Source: Roseibacillus sp.
GTDB taxonomy: Bacteria > Verrucomicrobiota > Verrucomicrobiia > Verrucomicrobiales > Akkermansiaceae
Direction of reading: 5' to 3'
Assembly: GCA_051251855.1 (NCBI GenBank)
Contig: JBPOGI010000002.1
Coordinates: 576,001-640,000 of the forward strand
DNA: 64,000 nucleotides
Positions 60,854 through 64,000 of this stretch are shown here, piece after piece; position 1 is the first letter of the stretch; the number at the start of each line of letters is the position of its first letter. A model generated the notes under the pieces. The model did not search any database, had not been told where the DNA came from, and was given only the letters and a program-made list of their open reading frames with translations. The position numbers and the translations under genes were made by a program.

Positions 60854-62287
60854 TTATTCCACGACTGCTTCGAGGCGGAGGAAGCCTTTGTTGGGAGTAT
60901 GGGGGATTTGAGCGCGGAAAAGGCCGTCGCTTTCGATGGGTGGGAGAGGGAGGGCTTGGAAAGGAGTGGAGAGGTCGGTGGTGGTCATGGGGAGAAGGGT
61001 GACGTGGGTTGAGCTGGGGAGTCGCTGGGGGTAGGCGAGGGTGAGGTGGGGTTGGCCGTTGTGCGGCTCGGTGGAGCAGCGGACTTTGTGGGAGTCTTTA
61101 AGGAGAGGATTGAGTCCGAGAGCGAATTCTAGGGCGGCGGGGAATCCATCTTGGTCGCTATCGTCTTGTTCGGAAAGGGAGGGGAGAGTGTAGCTGCTAG
61201 CCCACGTGGGGAAGTCCATGTCGACTTGGGAAGAAGTTCTTCCGAGAAGGTTCGTGAGAATTTCGGTCGCGGTAAGGGCTGGGATGCCGGCGTCGTAGTG
61301 TTCGTTGAAGGCGCAGACGATCTCATTGGCGATGAGGGCTTGGCCGGAGGTGTTGGGGTGAAAGTTGGTGGAGTAGGGACCATTGAGCCAGACGAAGTCG
61401 AGGTCTCCGGTGGTGGAACCGATGTTGCTGAAAGGAATTCCGTAGACCGAGAGTGGGTCATTTGAAAGCATGGGTAAGGTGGCGGAAAAGATGTCGGCGT
61501 ATCCTACATTTCGTGAGCGGGCGAGTTGGGCGAGTTCACTCATGAGCAGGCGAAGAAAGTTGGTGGCGCGGGTGGTCTTGACGGGGTCGGTGGGGCGTTC
61601 GCTTTTCACCATGGGGGTGATGCCGACATGAGGGACATTGACGAGAACAATAGGGAGGTTGGGGTTGAGCTCGAGAACGCGGTCGAGGATGACGGTGGCG
61701 TCGTCGAGGTAGTCGGCGATGAAGGTGCCGGGGTCGCCGCCATCGTAGACGGTGCCGTAAATGGAATCGATGTCGTTGCCGCCGATAAAGAAGACGAGGC
61801 GGCCGGTGGAGTTGGTGATTTGGGTCTCGAGGTCTTCGATGGCGAAGTCGACGCTAGTGAGGGAGAAGAGAACGCTGAGGGGCCCGAAGTCGGGGCTCTC
61901 GGCGAGGAGCTCGAGGAAGCCGGCTTCGCTGGTCATGAATCGGCGTAGTTGATCGATTTTGAGACCGGGGATGGCCCAGTTCTTTTTTTGTCGGAGGTAG
62001 AGGTCGTAGTCGAAGAGGCCGAGGGGGATTTGGATGGATTGACGTTCTCCAAGGTCGAAGTGGTTGCTGCGCTCTTGGTCGAGGATTTCGGCCCAGTTTT
62101 TGACCTCGTTGGGGTCCATGCCGTCGCCGTAGGTGGGGCCGAAAGGGATGCTGAGCTCGAAGCCGAAGGAAGCTTCGTAGGCAAAGGTGAGGGAGTCGCC
62201 GAGGGTGATGAGTTCGGTGCCACCGAGAGGCTGGGCGGCAAGAACAAGAGACAGGGCGAGGGACTTCACTTCAGAGAAGGTAGGCAT
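60854..62287 (-). CDS. Secreted SGNH/GDSL hydrolase with shared C-terminal domain
   Basis: TLGDSLT, GGND, FHPN; DSDQDG...EFALGLNP; ends GFLRLEAVVE. Confidence 0.8.
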   Translation of the reverse strand: MPTFSEVKSLALSLVLAAQPLGGTELITLGDSLTFAYEASFGFELSIPFGPTYGDGMDPNEVKNWAEILDQERSNHFDLGERQSIQIPLGLFDYDLYLRQKKNWAIPGLKIDQLRRFMTSEAGFLELLAESPDFGPLSVLFSLTSVDFAIEDLETQITNSTGRLVFFIGGNDIDSIYGTVYDGGDPGTFIADYLDDATVILDRVLELNPNLPIVLVNVPHVGITPMVKSERPTDPVKTTRATNFLRLLMSELAQLARSRNVGYADIFSATLPMLSNDPLSVYGIPFSNIGSTTGDLDFVWLNGPYSTNFHPNTSGQALIANEIVCAFNEHYDAGIPALTATEILTNLLGRTSSQVDMDFPTWASSYTLPSLSEQDDSDQDGFPAALEFALGLNPLLKDSHKVRCSTEPHNGQPHLTLAYPQRLPSSTHVTLLPMTTTDLSTPFQALPLPPIESDGLFRAQIPHTPNKGFLRLEAVVE

Positions 62288-62377
62288 TGTCCCGTTATGA
62301 AGCAAGGGATGGGTTGTCCCCGTCAAAGGGAGCGCAGCTATGAGCCCGTTTCTAAGCGAGTGAAAAGCGGGCCGCGC

Positions 62378-63397
62378 TTATTTTTTGAGGTGCTTCTTCA
62401 TGACCTCTTTGGGGGTGCGGTCTGCAAAAAAGATGCCCCAGTGCTTTTCGGCTCCCCAAGGACTACCGGGGTCGCCCTTCCAGCTTTCGTCGAAGGCTTC
62501 GAAGAAGAAGGTGGTGATGTTCATCTCTTTGGCCCAGCGCTCGAGGTTGCCGTAGTAGAGAGTTTGCTTTTTCTCGCTGGCGCGTTCACCGAATTCGGTG
62601 GCGATGGTGGCCCAACCTGCTTCGGTGATGACGAGCTCGCTGTCGGGAAGGGCGGCACGCACTTTTTCCATGTTGGCAATGCTGTAGTCCATCGCTTGGT
62701 GGATGTCCTTGCCTTCCCAGACGGGGTAGATGTGCACGGAAACAAAGTCCAGTTCCTTGGCGAGTGCTTGGCCGTGCTGAGCCCACCATTCGTAGTTGTC
62801 GGCGACGGTCACGGGCTGCTTGATGGCGGCCTTGACCTCTTTGACGTAGGTGATGATTTGCTCGACCGGAACCATGTGGTCATTCCAGTCCACGAGGGCT
62901 TCGTTGCCGACAGCCACGGCGACGACTTGGTTAGGGTATCGCTTGGCCAGACTGATGGCGCGCTCGATTTCTTGTTGGTTCTTGACCTTGTTCTCGGCGA
63001 GTTTGGTCTCGGGGTAGGGCTCTTTTTGCCAAGGGCAATTGGGGTTGTTAACCTCGGCGTCGAGCCAAGCACCTAGTAAGACAGTGAGGCCGAGTTTGTG
63101 CTCGCGGATGAGGCGGAGAACGGCTTCGGAGTTCGTTTGGGAATCGTAGAGGCGAATGAGTTTGAAGCCACATTGCTCGGCGAGGATTTTGAGGTCTTCG
63201 AGGATTTCTTCGTCGCTGGGGTTGATGGCACCTTGCCCACGATCTGGATGTTGCCCGTCGCGAAAGCCGGAATAGCAGATGGCCCAATGTTGTCCGGTAA
63301 GGAGAGCATCGCTCTTTTGGCGAAGTTCCTTCTTTTCCTGCGAAAAAGCGGGGAAGATGATTGCGAGTGAGAGAAGAAAGGTGAAGAGAGCTTTCAT
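62378..63397 (-). CDS. Glycoside hydrolase family 17 (beta-1,3-glucanase/glucanosyltransferase-like)
   Basis: AICYSGFR, IRLYD, VAVGNEAL, ITEAGW, FFFEAFDESWK, EKHWGIF; signal peptide from 63397. Confidence 0.88.
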   Translation of the reverse strand: MKALFTFLLSLAIIFPAFSQEKKELRQKSDALLTGQHWAICYSGFRDGQHPDRGQGAINPSDEEILEDLKILAEQCGFKLIRLYDSQTNSEAVLRLIREHKLGLTVLLGAWLDAEVNNPNCPWQKEPYPETKLAENKVKNQQEIERAISLAKRYPNQVVAVAVGNEALVDWNDHMVPVEQIITYVKEVKAAIKQPVTVADNYEWWAQHGQALAKELDFVSVHIYPVWEGKDIHQAMDYSIANMEKVRAALPDSELVITEAGWATIATEFGERASEKKQTLYYGNLERWAKEMNITTFFFEAFDESWKGDPGSPWGAEKHWGIFFADRTPKEVMKKHLKK

Positions 63398-63445
63398 ACT
63401 CAATAGGAAAATCAAAAATGCAATTTCATGCAATTTTATTCGACG

Positions 63446-64000
63446 CTATCTTTTGGTGGCGAAGGGAAAGCGTGGAATCTCGGAGAGGTCGGCTTTGACT
63501 TGCACGGCATCAAAGGGCTGTTGCTTGAGGAGTTGGGCGGTGGGTTCGCCTTGGTTGTGGCCGACTTCCATTGCGACGAGGCCGCCGGGATTGAGGTAGG
63601 AGCCGACCTCGGAGACGAACTTTTTCACTAAGTCCATGCCGTCGGGGCCCGAAAAGAGGGCCAAGTCGGGGTCGTGCGCGAGCTCGGGGGCGAGACTTTC
63701 GCGGTCGCGCTCGGGGACGTAGGGGAGGTTGGCGACGATGAGGTCGAAAGTGCCTTCGATGGCTGAGAAGAGATCGCTCGCGATGAGGGTGGTCTTGATT
63801 TCAAGGGTGTCGGAGTTTTCTTGCGCAAGGGCGAGAGCTTCGGGGGAAACGTCGGTGAGAACCACTTCGCTGATGTCTTCGAGCTCTGCGGCGAGAGACA
63901 GGCCGATGACACCAGAACCTGTTCCGACATCAAGGATGCGAGTAGGTCGGTTGAGGCGGTCTTTTTCTTGGAGAATGAGGCTGACGAGCTCTTCGGTCTC
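63446..64000 (-). CDS. prmC: Release factor glutamine methyltransferase (5'-truncated by the window edge)
   Basis: ETEELV, ILDVGTGSG, ANLPY, DP..ALFSG.DG, EVG..Q. Confidence 0.92.
   Translation of the reverse strand, partial: ETEELVSLILQEKDRLNRPTRILDVGTGSGVIGLSLAAELEDISEVVLTDVSPEALALAQENSDTLEIKTTLIASDLFSAIEGTFDLIVANLPYVPERDRESLAPELAHDPDLALFSGPDGMDLVKKFVSEVGSYLNPGGLVAMEVGHNQGEPTAQLLKQQPFDAVQVKADLSEIPRFPFATKR

Overview
Bacterial chromosomal window, mostly housekeeping. Gene styles point to Verrucomicrobiota, probably a free-living Verrucomicrobiales-type organism (inference only). Core genes: rpsO-pnp, PBP1A, ribBA, tRNA-Leu(TAG), pdhC, galM, glnD, dnaK-groES-groEL, crcB, trpF, uvrA, murJ, gap, queC and a partial prmC. 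Peptidoglycan-remodelling and polysaccharide-active enzymes are interspersed. No CRISPR array, rRNA, transposase, integrase or prophage was seen. The best candidate for an undescribed system is at 41.2-50.6 kb: an ECF sigma factor and a membrane Ser/Thr kinase, next to two large secreted proteins. The kinase gene and both secreted-protein genes carry the same promoter-like motif, TGAAACG-N15-CGARAGA. Other observations: a shared C-terminal domain on four unrelated secreted proteins; a MurJ with a ~180-aa insertion; many genes with leaderless-type architecture (-10 box 6-7 nt before the start codon, no Shine-Dalgarno); two sigma54-type promoters; two REP families and a MITE-like palindrome; an uncalled 35-aa membrane protein; and an SF1 helicase whose reading frame lacks a canonical start. 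All calls come from reading motifs by eye; no database searches were run.
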